DNA of 64,000 bases from Lama guanicoe (lineage: Eukaryota). The stretch covers positions 8,342,358 to 8,406,357 of the forward strand of contig MU054187.1 of the NCBI GenBank assembly GCA_013239625.1, in the 5' to 3' direction. The notes below the pieces were generated by a model. The model did not search any database. It was given only the letters and a program-made list of their open reading frames with translations, and had not been told where the DNA came from. Each line of letters begins with the position of its first letter. Position 1 is the first letter of the stretch. The translations under genes were made by a program, and so were the position numbers. Shown one piece after another: positions 22,961 through 36,176 of this stretch.

Positions 22961-25262
22961 AATGTAATATCCTAGAGTGTCTTCGGCTTGAACATCCTGA
23001 AACCATGCCTCACCGGGTCGGGTAACCCATGTTCTGCTAAGATTCCTCAGTCTCCACGTCCTCCTAGAGCAACTACACTTGTGTGTGGAGTTAGTCTTCC
23101 CATGATTTTGGCCTAGTAGCTAGGCCTGTTTTCTGCCTCTACGGCTGGATCTTCTCGTTCAAGATGTGTAGGGTACGAAAGACAGGCAGTGAGGAATATG
23201 AGCCTCCAATGAGGCTTCTGGGACAGTGCTGTCAGTGACAGATGGCCAAGGGCAGAATTTTCCCGAGTCGTCTTCTCTTCTTAATTGTTAGTGTATGATC
23301 GTTTTCAGATGGGCACCTGCTCCATGAGCAGCTACAGTACCTACTTTTCGCCATCCTACGTTGTTGAGAAAAGGAATTAACCTACAAGCCTGAGAGTGGT
23401 GAATGCTCAGTAAATGTTTACAGAATGAATTACATAAGACTTTGCCAAATCATATGGAAATGGATCTGAACTATACCATTTTTTTTTTCTGTGCCAATAA
23501 CTATCAGCATAACACAACCAATTTCAAGAAAACAGTACCACGGCAAAAAATTAGCTAGTTGATTTTAACACTAGTCAGGCATAATTGGCTAATGTCAAGT
23601 CTAGTAAATAATAGAGACTGCTCGTCAACTTTTTAGAGCTACCCTAATGATGCTAAATCAGTATTCACAATATTGCAATTTTGTTCTTCCTACGGATTTA
23701 GTATGAGGCAAATCCTTTTGACTACTATTAAGATTGGCTGATTTATTATGCAATGTTTGGGCACTGCTATTTAGTATTTCACAGAAAAAAGCTATAGATC
23801 TGCACATTTTCAATGTTTAACTTTGCTATTTAAATTCCTAGAAGTCTAACTGATGGTCTTTTCCATCATGGGGTCAGGGTCAGGGGCTGAAAATAGGAGG
23901 AGCCCAAAGACCACAACAACAGTGGTGACTTGCTAAACATTCATTATTTGTTGACAACTTTAATGTCCGTTTTACTATTGTGACATGAATAGTAAACATA
24001 ATGACTAGTGGAATAATCATATGATGAAAATACTAAGCAGAAATGAAATTAAAAATTGTAGCTAGAAATAAAACTATTTTTTAAATTTTAAAATATTTTT
24101 CAAATATTAGCTATTTATTTATTTATTGAGTACCTTATTTATGTGTCGAATTTTTTTTTTATATTTACAAATGTGGAGGTAAAGCTTGTTGCCTGCAAAA
24201 TGTTCATTCACAACTATCACCCTACTTATGATTTGCTATCATTATTCACGTAATGCCTCTCCTGAAACACATAGAAACTATACATACATTCTCCCGTCAC
24301 TTAAAAAATTTTGCCTTTGCTGATGAAATAATGCAAATTATCTCATTGTTTTTGAAGTCTGTTCTTTACTTATTAATTTCCAAAATTCAACAATATTTTC
24401 ATCTAGCCTGACTGCAAAAACATCTTAGAAACTGGGTTTAAAAGTGGTTCAGCTATGAACCGCTCAAAAAAGAGCACAGAAGTTTCCCTTTGAAAAATGG
24501 CATCTTATGTACAAAAACCACTGCAGCAAGAACATGACTTCGTGAGAAGCACGGGCAGAATATGACTGCATTCAATTTGCATGCAGGTGGTGAGCCTCGG
24601 AAGTGGTATTAAGGGATGAGCCAGGGTGGATTAATTTCCAGTCTTTGATATTCATTAACTCCAGCTTCAGAAAAAAAATACAAGGAGATGACACAATTAC
24701 CCTCAGAGCTTCACCCGTGAGCGGCGGCTTTACAATCTCAAGTTCATAATGCCATCCTAATTGATCAAGAAGGGGCACGTACCCTTAGTAAGAGGTGAAA
24801 AAGTAGAGGGCTTAACCATGGCAATGATGGTGTCGGACTCTGGGAGAGTTAACTCCTCTCTGGAAACACTTAGCAAAATAGTCATCATTATTTATTCTCT
24901 GAGCCACCTGTCAAGAGCTAGCCCTCCATGGCTTTTAATAATTCTCTGCCAAGTGAAACCCAATTTTGGCCAAAAGTGAATAGTCTCCACAGGTGTATCA
25001 ATGTTCATTTCATTTGAAGAAACTGGTTCAGTCTTACCACTGTATTTCTATTTATAGATCATGAAGCCCTTGAAAGAGAGACCCTTAAGGAAATACTTCA
25101 GCAAATTGGAACATTTCCCCATTGGAAGGCAAAACAGGAGTCCTCAGGTTCTCTCAAATCCTTTCTGGAACAAGGTGGCGAAAGGAAGAGAGAGAGATCA
25201 CGGGAAAAGGAGTGAGCGTGCCATCCTGAGGAGGGAGCAGTACCGGCTGGATGGTTCTTTAC

Positions 25263-25438
25263 CTCTGGGGCTTCAAAGACTTCAGGGTCGTAGTGTAGGG
25301 CGGGAGGAAAGATGCCCACGAAGTCTCCCTTTCGCAGACGGTAGTCCTGGGTCTCTAGATGTAGTGTCAAGTCCTCTTGAACAGAACGGAAGATGCCTGA
25401 AATCGTGCATAGCCGTAGGGCCTCGAGAATGGTGCTTT
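25263..25438 (-). CDS. CYP7B1: CYP7B1 coding exon 5
   Basis: (E)[58 protein letters not shown] with the K-helix ExxR motif. AG at 25439-25440, GT at 25261-25262; 176 bp, phases consistent. Confidence 0.97.
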
Positions 25439-26438
25439 CTGGAGGAAACAGGAAAGTAACGTTATATTAAAACATGACTGCTCCTGAAAAGTGCTCTCAA
25501 TTTGTCAGTAAAGCTCATGACCAACAGCTTTTATTGACAGCTTTTTATCTGATCTTCCCAATCAGATCCACTGAGCACCAAGAGGGGACCAATGGGGGCT
25601 CTGGATGGGAGACAGAGAAGGGGAGAGGATGAGACAGAAGGCGGGTAAGGCACAACCAGTCCCCCAAGCTTCGGGCATTTCACAGTCATTTCAACAGCGC
25701 TGTACTTGGCCAGAAAGTCATTCATCAGGAATTTTGTAGGAAAGAATGATCTGCGAGAGAGGAAGGCTGTGCTGGAAAGAAAAACTGTATCCCACTTAAA
25801 GTACACCACTGGTACACCAACCTTCAGAACAGTGATGACTTCAAAGACAGGCACAGGAATTTGACAACCACTTAGGCAGTTAATAGTAAAGTAATTGTAG
25901 TAGTGCTTTCTGAGACAGCTTAACACTTAATTTCTTTTATGTTAGCTGTAAATAAAATGTGAGTCAGCATTTCCTGGAAAAATTTCAAAGGGAAAATTAT
26001 TTCATAGGATTTGGAAGAAAACCATATTTCCCTCCAGCATCCAGGGAAAGTAACAGCCACCATCATAACCTGGAAGATTCCAGAAGCCGAATGTCCTTGC
26101 TTTCCCAGTGGCCTTCACCTTTTGCTCCTAGCACGACAGATTTTATGGCTAATTTCCGGCAATTTATCCTGGCAGTTTGAGGAGGAATTCCTTTGGGAAT
26201 AATATGCATAATTTGCATAAATCACTCTGATAGCATGCATAGCAGCATGTAGCTCCTGTCTAGGTCTGCATCTCTGCCTTCATAATCAAAACTGACTATG
26301 TTTTCACCAGCGTGAATGGGTCCTAGTATCAAAAGCTTGATTCTTTCTAATCAGTAATGTGAAAAAGAGCCCCAAATTGAGTATTTTTTCCCCTTCACAT
26401 GGTAATAAATGGTTGTGTTTATGGCTTGCAGTTTAGAA

Positions 26439-26465
26439 TCACACACACACACACACACACACACA
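26439..26465. repeat. (CA)n microsatellite
   Basis: Read directly. Confidence 0.95.
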
Positions 26466-26699
26466 GAGTGCCCAGGTTCTTAGCTGAATGCAAAGCTCTC
26501 AAACGTAAAATACCCAATTATTAGATTATAGAAGCAGGCTGGTTAGTGAGGGCTTGCATCCATCCAAAAATACAAATAAATGCTATTTCCTGAACACTGA
26601 GATCTACGCACACCTCGCACGGGGGTATCAAGTAGCTTTGGGGACCTTCTCCCGGGAGCTTTTTCCCTAAGCATGCATTTGTCTAAAGAAATGAGGCTG

Positions 26700-29200
26700 C
26701 GGTCAGCTCTGTGTGGCCAGTGTGGTGATTCAATGTGACGTACAGTGAGGCTGTGCATATTCTTTTGGACTGCCTTCGTTATTATAATCAGGCAGAGTCA
26801 AATCGGTTTGTTGGTGATGAGGCCAGAAAAGAACTTTGGTTTTGGAACATGGACTCTACTGCAGATAGCCACAAGGCGCCTGACACGGCGGATTTCAGCT
26901 GGCAGGACACCAGCGACCAACATTTCCACGGTGAAAAGCGAGGGTCAGCCTCCCACGTACTGCTGCTGGCTCTGTTGGATCAACAACAGAGAGCATCGCT
27001 TTAGCTTGTGGTGCGAAATGGTAGCCGACATATGCAGCGGGGCTGCTCCCCCACCAAGTCCAGGAGGGGTATGGGAAGAAGAAAGACAAAAGCAGAATAA
27101 TTGTGGGGTGGCTGCTGTGACCGGGAGGGCATTTAACAGCCCGCAGAGCGCGGTCACATCCGATTGGCGGACGTGCTCGCGGGCAGCAAGGCGGCCTGCG
27201 CCCACTGCACGATCACAAATGACAATCGGGCAAGCATCTCTTAGGCAGAAGTTAATCACAATAATGGAGCACAAAGTGTGGCTTAGCGGTCAGATCGTAA
27301 ATGACAAATCGGTTTTACCTTCCAGGACCAGTTACGTGCGCAAGACGAGGCTGGCTCTCGCTCTGAGCCATTGTGCCGATCAGCGTCAGACGCCGAAAGT
27401 CATGAGTGGCATTATTAGCAGCAATGGAGAGGGCGCTTCCGTGGCTCTGTGTTTCAAAGTACAGACACAAAAGCCAGCAGCCTCTCCCCAGTAAGAACGC
27501 GGGCAGAGCTATAAGCTGAGAAGAATGACAACTGCACTGAAAAAAAAAAAACAAACAAAAAAACCCCCCAAAAAACAAAAAAACTGCAGCCTCTACTTGT
27601 AGTTGTCATAGTCGAGCAGACACCAGCCAGTGCCACTGACAGACCAGCTGGGCCCTGGGAGGACTTCCATGCTGCACCAGGAGGTACAGTAAATTATCCT
27701 GCGCGGCCGAGCAACATCTGTTTCTGTGCTAGTGCCGAACAAACAAGGCAATTTAAAACATACCAAGGGATAACCAAGCAACAGATGAACATGACCCTCA
27801 TTTCCCCCCCTTCTCACACTCGAGGTGCTAACTTCATCGTGCAAGCACTCCACGGAAGAGCGGCCAGGTTGGTTTGATAAGGTGTTGTCAGAGAGATTTT
27901 ACATACTTCCAAAATGGAAAGAAAAACCTTATAGTATTGTTATTCTTAGAATCTTCCTTCCCCCTCTAGCTTCACGTCTTTTATACCAAAGCTAGCACTC
28001 AGTTCTCAATTCGCTCTAGAATTAAAAAAAAAAAAACTTTCCATACACTTATAAATATTCAGTCTTTAAACCTAATTTGCTATACTTAGTTCACATGCCT
28101 TCAAGCATTTGTCTTCCAATTTCCACTGAATAAATGCGTACTAATGAGAACTGGAGCAAGCTGCTGAGGCAAAGCTGGGTGACTTGGGTCTGGCCTGCCA
28201 CCAGCTTGTGATAGGCGGGCAAATTGAGTTAAAATGAAAAGTCTTGTCAGCTGAAATTCAACATGGTAGCCAAACAGCAAGCTGTCAATCATTCCAGCCA
28301 AAACAAGGGGCTGCAGGTAATAAAAGGTCGCTGTGATCATTAGTGCACTTGGCTTTCATATGCACGTTAATTTTAATTAAACATGATCTCTCTCTGTAAA
28401 TGTTTTATAAAACTTATTGTGCATAATGGATTGTTAATTTATACTAATATTTAGCAGGTAATGGGACCCTCTACTTACTAAATGCATCGTAGGAAAACGG
28501 CTAACAAGAATGCAAATATTTGGGGGATAATTTACACCAGGCATTGCAAGGTGCCAACAATTGCAATTGTGATTAAGAAAAGGCAGTCCGTGTTTCATCA
28601 AGGAGGAAACTTTACTGACCAGTAGACACCAGGAAATTGGATTACAGAATTCCCACAATGACCTTACAATTCAGAGCCGGCACTAACCTGCTTTATCTGT
28701 CTTGGAAAGGTTTGTTTCTCTTTACAGGATATAAAAATATTCTGATTAAGTATCCCTTCTAAGCAAAAAGCTGGGGGATACTTTGAGCTAAGATGCTTTA
28801 CAATATGACTGAGAAAAAAAAAGGCAGATGAAAGGAAATGTTGGGAGAAAAAGGAATATATCCACTTTCTCTTCTGCCCTCAGCTCTCAATTCTGGCTGT
28901 AATAATTGACAGATGATTCTCATTTGCAGATTTAAAGCGCAGAAGCAGCTTATGACAATCAATAATGCATGTTACAGTGCAAACACAGATAAGCACATCC
29001 AAGTTGCTGCCTCACACTCAGGCCGTGTCTGGGTATGTGGAATGAATGTGCTGTGACATGGCCAGGCTGTTAATTTGGGTCATCTTAATGACTGGTGCAG
29101 ACTGTCACACCATCTGATTAGCCATGGTGATCAGCGGATAGCGGTGATGGCTGGAGTGGAATGAACAGCCAGGCCGCGCTGCGGGCGGCTGGGGCTGGTC
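26700..29200. promoter_or_regulatory. Cluster of putative developmental enhancers in CYP7B1 intron 4
   Basis: Repeat-free and locally CpG-rich. PBX/MEIS decamer CTGTCAATCA 28282-28291, CATATG 28357, TAATTA 28374, overlapping TGACAG/CAGATG 28907-28915, CTGTCA and CCATCTG 29102-29116. Confidence 0.55.
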
Positions 29201-29699
29201 ACTCGGTGGGGGGTTTGGGGGGTCTTAAAAAAGAAGGGGGACAGAAAGGGGAAGGGGGACCTGGAGGTAGTGTGCTTGAGAAGGTGTGAGGAAATGCAGG
29301 GAGCCTCCCTCCAGGTGTGCGCACGAGGTTTTACATAACTGCCTTCAAGGCAGGTGAGAGGGTAAATAGGAAATTGGCGTAATTAGACAATATGAAGCTG
29401 AGTAACTACTTTTTGGCTCCACAATTGTATATTTTAAGTTAAAAATAAATCTGAGTTGGTACGAATGCCTACTTTCTGCACTGCAGGCTTTTGGTTTACT
29501 GCTAAAAGATGGAAGTATAAATTCAACCTTCATATAGTCGATAGACGTTTTCTAAGGTCCTTCTCTGCTCGGTGTACTGGGCCACTGATGTTGGTAGAAA
29601 AGGGAACACGGCAGATGGATTTGGCCTTCAGGGACACCACAATCTAGGTAATTCAGGGCTGCAAGGTACAAATAACCCAGGAAGACTCCCCAGGGTCCT

Positions 29700-30620
29700 A
29701 TTGAAGATATTGTTCAGTTTCTGATTGGGTAACTCCAGTGAGGGCATGCAGGAAGCCCATTGCAGTAGCAAGTTAGTTCTTATACTGGGCTGAAATTGTC
29801 GTCCCTTTAATTTCTACCCTTTAGCAAATACAAAGGCAAAAAACATTTTTTTGAATCCCCCTTCCACGCAACAGCCCTTGAAAAATATTTAAAGAGAAAT
29901 ATCATATCTTTTTTTTATCATGTCATTTTTAATTATACCTTAGTGATGATATGGCCTTTAGTCTTTAATTCAGTTCGTCAACGTGCCCTTAAAATGTGGC
30001 GGAGCTGGACATGCTATTTCAGTTGGAAATGCAGAGACGAATACCTTTCTCTGCCCTCGAAACCACACTTCAATTAATATTTTGTTGGAAGCAGATGAGC
30101 AACAGATTTTTGAAGTAATATCACCAAGGACTTGTTTTAAGCTGATATTCCGGAGGTTATCAAGGATGTCCTCTCATCACAACCCCCTGAAGTGGTTTAC
30201 AGAAATAAGTGCTCCATCCCAGACCAAGGGACTCAGAACCACTGCATTCACTGAAACCTTCAAATGAATGATCTTGAACCTTGGGTGCACATTAGAAATC
30301 GACTAGGGAGATTTTAAAGCCATCAGCCTGCATCCCAGACCAATGAAATCAGAATCTCTGGAGGTGGGACCAGGTTTGAGTACTTTTTAAAGCTTCCTAG
30401 ATGATTCCAGTGAGCAACGAGGTTGAGAACCATGGTTTTAAACCCTCTTCTGCTAGACCACACAGTGCCTCATCCTATTCTTATGCAGTTGATTTTTAGA
30501 CCTAAGTACCATAATTTTCATTCTCATTAAATTTCCCTTTCAATCCTTTCAACTCCTGTTTCCAGCATTTCATTACATTATCTAGCCCTCTTTGCTGTGT
30601 GCTGAGCAGAAAGTTTGACA
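29700..30620. mobile_element. Ancient CR1/L3-like LINE remnant interrupted by MER5A
   Basis: Degenerate CR1-like text (TTCTTATACTGGGCTGAAAT; CCCCTTCCACGCAACAGCCCTTG; TGTGCTGAGCAGAAAGTTTGACAAACAT). Confidence 0.4.
30267..30437. mobile_element. MER5A hAT-Charlie DNA transposon
   Basis: CTTGGGTGCACATTAGAA...CCCAGACCAATGAAATCAGAATCTCTGGAGGTGGGACC...TTTTTAAAGCTTCCTAGATGATTC...GGTTGAGAACCA. Confidence 0.8.
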
Positions 30621-30884
30621 AACATCCAAATCAGTATTTTTCACTTTTTAGCCAGCATTTCCTTATGTTACATATACAAATCTCATGACCTGATTTCTGG
30701 TGTACAACTTTGTGGAAGATACCTCTCTCCTCTCCTCCAGTTAGAAGTCTCCAACATGAAGTAGAATTTACACCTTCTGTGTATCCCAGCGGAAGAGGTT
30801 TTGCTAAACTTCACTACTGCTGGCTAAATTATGTACACTTTTAATTTTTCAAGTACACAATTATCTTATAATATTGAATGAGCT

Positions 30885-31040
30885 TTTTCAAAATTACACC
30901 CAGTAATTATGACAAATATACCACACTAAGATGTTAATAGTAAGGGAAACTGTGTGTGTGGCGGTGGTGGTGGTGGGGGAGAGGTATATGGGAACTCTCT
31001 TTGTAACTTTTCTGTGAATCTAAAAGTATTCTAAAATGAA
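30885..31040 (+). mobile_element. L1MC 3' end fragment
   Basis: ACAAATATACCACACTAAGATGTTAATAGTAAGGGAAACTG...GTATATGGGAACTCT...CTTTTCTGTGAATCTAAAA. Confidence 0.7.
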
Positions 31041-34000
31041 AAGCTTATTTTTATTTTTTTTAAAAGGCACAAAATTCTGATGTGAACCTCTAGCCCCAAT
31101 CTCACCCTTAAATCCAACTGCATTTGAGAATTTGTGATACATATCCTTGTAAACAATAGGGGTCAAGATCTCTGGTACATTTCTGGGGCACTTTTCCCTG
31201 AGGTGACAGTATTTATGGGTTAGCGTTGAGCTTAGGTAGACCTGGCATCCATTTCTGGCTCTGCCACTATCTAATTACATGATTCGGGTTGGTTAACTAA
31301 CCTTTCTGCACTGTGTTACCCAACAGTTAAAAGAAGACAGTAATATTTGAGGGTTAGATAACCTATATTTGAGCTTATTTATCTCTCTATATATAGATAT
31401 AAATTTACATCTATCTATATAAATATCTACATAGACATAAATAAGCTAATACTTGATGATGATTAAATGAGCTAATAAGCCTGCCACACAGTAAAATAAT
31501 AACTATTAATATTGTCATTTCTAACGTCTCATCTGAAATTAAGAATACAGTTAACTCTATCACCATCTAGCCCCTATTTTCTGATCTCGCCCACGTGCAA
31601 ATCAGAGCTGGCTTTGATGAATCAAGATGCAAAGAACTCTCCCCTTTCAGTTCGGACAATGGAAAAGGACTCAAAGGATTCTGGGATCAGACGGGTCTGA
31701 TGGGAGAAGCACGGGCGTGGCCAGAAAACCCCAGTTAAGATCCTGCTTCTCTCCTTGACCTCCAGGACCCTTCCAGGCAAATTATTTGGCTCCCTGAGGA
31801 TTTTCTCATCCGTAAAAATACTGACAAAATAATAGCTGCCCCCAGCCCCCCAGTATCTTGGTGAAGATCATAGGAAACAATATAAATCCATAAGACTGTC
31901 TTGAAACATTGAAGTCATTAATAGATTGAACGTCATAATCATTATTTGTTATTAAAGAATATTTTTTCCAATGATCATTCGTTTGTTTCTTTCCCCCTTG
32001 AGTTACTCCCAAACAGTGTGCTTAGAAATCTCTTATGGGATTTTGCTGGAGAATCACTGCAAGCTTCTAGTTCTAGAGTTATTATAATATACGCTCTCCT
32101 CCTTTAAAAAAGGTATTACAAGTTTTGCCGAGCTCTAGTTTTATAACACCTCCTTTTATTCCAAAATCTCTCACTTGGACCACCTTTGCACCTTTTCTCA
32201 TTTTCAGGATGTGTAACTGAACAAAATTAGGGGCCTGCAGTTCACCTGAGCAGTTCAGGAGTTATAATCCACTCTGCCTTATGTTCTTATTTAGAGCATG
32301 TCTGTTCTTTTCATGTGTGATACACAGAAAGAGCACTCCTGTGGGGTAAGGCAGACTTGAACTTGATACCAGCTTGGTTCACAAATAGTTGAAAAATGAA
32401 GAAAGCAATAGAAACATCAGAGGGAGGGCACGGAGGTTAAATTATCATTTTGGTCATAAAAATAGATGGCATTTACTGAACCTATACTTCTCAAGTGATT
32501 TATATGCATTATTCAGGTGAATTTTGAAGAAGTAGTACCCAATGAGATTATTTGCTATCCATTTATCAGAACTTCAATTTTGTTTCCTTGCATCATCTTT
32601 TATTTTTTTGTCTTCTCCCTGAATCATCTTTTCTCCTTTCCTTTTTCCCATATTGGAAACCTGTCGTTCTAAATCTTACCTCTACCCCAGGCTCTTCTTT
32701 CTGGGAAAACTGAAAACTGCTTACTTTCTTCTATCAGCAACCTCTCTTCTATCAGCAACTGTTCCTAAGAAGAATTAGGTCCCAAGTAACGGTTATCTGA
32801 ACCTCATGGTGTATACTCATTGATTCTAAATGTATATTCAAAAACACTAATGGAAAATTTTAGTGAGGACCTGAGAAGCAGAATCCTTATAATAAGTTAC
32901 ATAAATATAAAACAAGAGAGTTGTTTTTCTTTATCTATAAGAAAAGGGCAGAATGGTTATAAAGAAAGATTATCAAAAGCATTGGGGAAAAAAAGCATAA
33001 ATCCATTAATACTATACGCATGGTGATGTGTTTCACAATCAGCCTGTGCCCCACGGGGCTCTGTCTTCAAGGGTCACTCTCAACAAGAGAAATCATTTTT
33101 GTTCAGGAATAAGATACTCATTTTTATAGCATGCTAACTTTCCTCTCCAACCTTGCTTGGTCATCAATGTATGCTGACATGTAAAATCTCTGTTAAAAAA
33201 ATACTCCTTTCCCTTTGCTCTACTAATTATGGAAATTCTCCTTCCCAGTTTAAAAACAAAAATGTAGTGTTCCTTTCATCCTTGTGATCTTTTTTCTTAT
33301 AAAAATAAAAATTCAAGATATCTTTCTTTAAAGAAATTGTACTTAGAATAGATCTCTTTCTTTAAGAAGACACACACACATACTCATGCCATGTGGTGCC
33401 CTGTAAATATTTAATTCTGTCCATCTTCCCTTTTCACATAGAAGTCATACTCTTTGATAGACATACGATTGACCTGACTAGATGAAGGGGTTATTTGCTG
33501 TAGAATTGATTCATATAAAAATTTGCTTCAATCTGCATAAAACTGTCTATCTGGAGAAAGACAAAAAGTGCACCCTATTTTCTAGAAGATTAAATTCCCA
33601 TAATGAGCAACACTGGCCTCTGCTGGTACCTGAGGTTGTGATGAACGGGGTCCACCTTCTAGATTGCTGAAGGCACTGCCTTTATTCAGGTAGATCTACA
33701 TGCTCCTGGGATTGGGGATGGAGTACATTTGTTGATGACAAGTGAGTGGTAAATTTACGAGGGTTCCAGGAGGAACATCTCTAGCTCAAACTATGGACTT
33801 AAGTGGACCCAAATTATAGCTCTGGAACTTGCCACTTCCTCTGCTTGAATACATTTAAACGTGTCTGCTTTAATACCACAATTTTGAAATGATCTTTTCT
33901 TTCAATAGTGAGAAGTTGAGGATAAAAAGAGAGTTGATGAATTTCATCTGATTTTTTAAAGAGGAACAACGGTGTCACTCTTAAAATACAAATGCATATT

Positions 34001-35509
34001 CTTTAAAGTTTATTTGCTTTACTTCCTGGTATACACCATCAGATTCATAAAATGCAACGGAAATTACTTGAATATATGGGAAATGCAACCTTGATCTTCA
34101 GAGGAACCGTAAGTCTTCTACCCAGAAAATACTGTATGTCCATGTGAAAGCAACTACTCAGAACTTTATGCAAACTTTGTGCCTTTGTTCCCTAGTAATT
34201 CTGAAAGTAAAGACAAAATAAAATTTGTATTTTAATAATGCTGGGATTATTTTCTTTCTCCAAGCAAATATACGATTACTTTGATAATGTATGCTAAAAC
34301 CAGCATGACTCAATAAGCTGGCCAGCTGTCTCTATAAGGCAAGTTTTCTGCTATTGCCTCTGCTCGGTCTTATCCCAGCCGGTGAGGACAATCTCTAGAA
34401 CACTTGGGCCATTCTTCTTACTGCCGACTGGTGGTCACCACTGGTCAAGACCTGGAGGGCCTCTGCTCCCAGAAATTCCCATCAAAGAACCTGGAGCATA
34501 ATTAAAAGGTAAAAAGTTGAGGCCAATGTGGGCTAAAAGATTTGCCCACATTGTCAAAAGAGGAAAGCAATTTACTCCTACATATAAAGACTTACTCCTA
34601 CATTTGTCCAAAAGGACTTGGAATACTGTGTCGTCAAGGACACCACAGTGTGAACTGTCAACACAGAACGAACAGAGAACAATTCGCTGAGATGGAATTT
34701 AGACTTCAGGAATTAAAATTCATTCCCCTAAGGAGAGTGGTCTTATCAAAATCCAAAAAGGAGAATCACTGTCATCAAAAGCTCATTGTTATTGACACAC
34801 AGGCCTCCATGGAAATAGAAAAACACACATTTTTGAAATAATGACCATGTATATCTCATGAGTCAGTGATTATTTTATAAAATACTGACATTTCACCTGG
34901 AGTAATTTGTAGTTGTGGCTTTTTCCTTTTCCCTCTCTCAGTCCTTCCCTTTCTTCCTTCCCTTTTTTTTTTCTTCCCCAAGTGTGTTTAAATCATGAAT
35001 TCCCAGGGGAAACCACTCTTACTACATTTTTGAGAGTCATACACTCCAAGCTGTACAGAACACTCTAATCTCTGCCTGAAAACATAGGAAGAACATTTTA
35101 GGGAAGAACAAATACATTTTGCGCACAAGTTGCTTCTCTGAAATACTCTTTTTTTCAGTCCCAAATACCTTTCTTGTCAGGACTGTGCAACAGTATTCGG
35201 AAAACATCAGCCCACCAGCAGATGCTCAGCATCAGATGACTTAGCAGGCATGAACTTTTTTTTTTTCCAAATAATTGCAAAGCTTTGGTTTTTTGCATAC
35301 CTTCCATAGTTAATTACCTAGGCCTTAATGTTTACGTGCAGTGAGAGTACCTACAGCTCTAAACTACATAATTTATAATTGATGTAAATGGGTGTTTTTA
35401 TGTCAATTAGGCAGCTGTGTCCTCCACCTCTTGGTAAACAGCTTTGAGTGATAAACTGAGTTTGCAGAGAGCTACCTTCTTTTCTTCATAACAGATAAAA
35501 ATAAATTAC

Positions 35510-35716
35510 CTAGGTAGATCAGGCTGTCCAATTGTTCTCTGGTGAGGCGGATGGAAAGTCCAGGCCCTTTCTTTTGACCTGTTGACTGCAGCAAACGGTC
35601 AATTTCGTCACGCAGCACTGCCATAGCTTCTGGGTGCCGTAGAAGGTAATACATCGTCCAGAACATAGCTGAAGTGGTGTTTGTCACAGAGGCCCAGAGA
35701 AAGGATAAATGATGTG
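35510..35716 (-). CDS. CYP7B1: CYP7B1 coding exon 4 (I-helix)
   Basis: (A)[68 protein letters not shown](E). AG at 35717-35718, GT at 35508-35509; 207 bp. Confidence 0.97.
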
Positions 35717-36176
35717 CTGGGAGAAAATAAGTGAAAAGGAAGATTAATAGCGTTTATTACACTGATTAGATTTGCAGTGTGCTAATTAAAAGATGTTAGG
35801 ACACAGACCCAGCCAAGGATCAGTGCATGCTAATGAGGACCAATAGGCTTCTGAAGTCTAATTTTCTGCTTAATGAGAATAGTTTAAAATGTAATGTGTG
35901 TGCGAGGGGGTGGGGAGGAGGGGGATGAGATAAGAGGAGTAAATGCAGCTTAGTTATACTCTTTCTCATTATCACTGTTAAATATCTTGCATTACCACCT
36001 CGGCAAAAAAAAAAAAAATCAATTATCACAAAGGGTTGTTTCAGAGTAAAACATTTTATCATTAGCCAATTAGAAAGAGCATAAAAATTTTCAAGGTCGC
36101 CATTTTGTCTTTTTATTTCAAAGGTCTATTGTAAATTATTTTATTTTAGACAACTCATCATTCACAAGTTTCTTAC

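Noticed and set aside
26745..27494. 249-aa + strand ORF in CYP7B1 intron 4
   Set aside because: GTG start, no recognisable homology, and it lies in a GC-rich regulatory-looking block. Kept only as a non-coding candidate.
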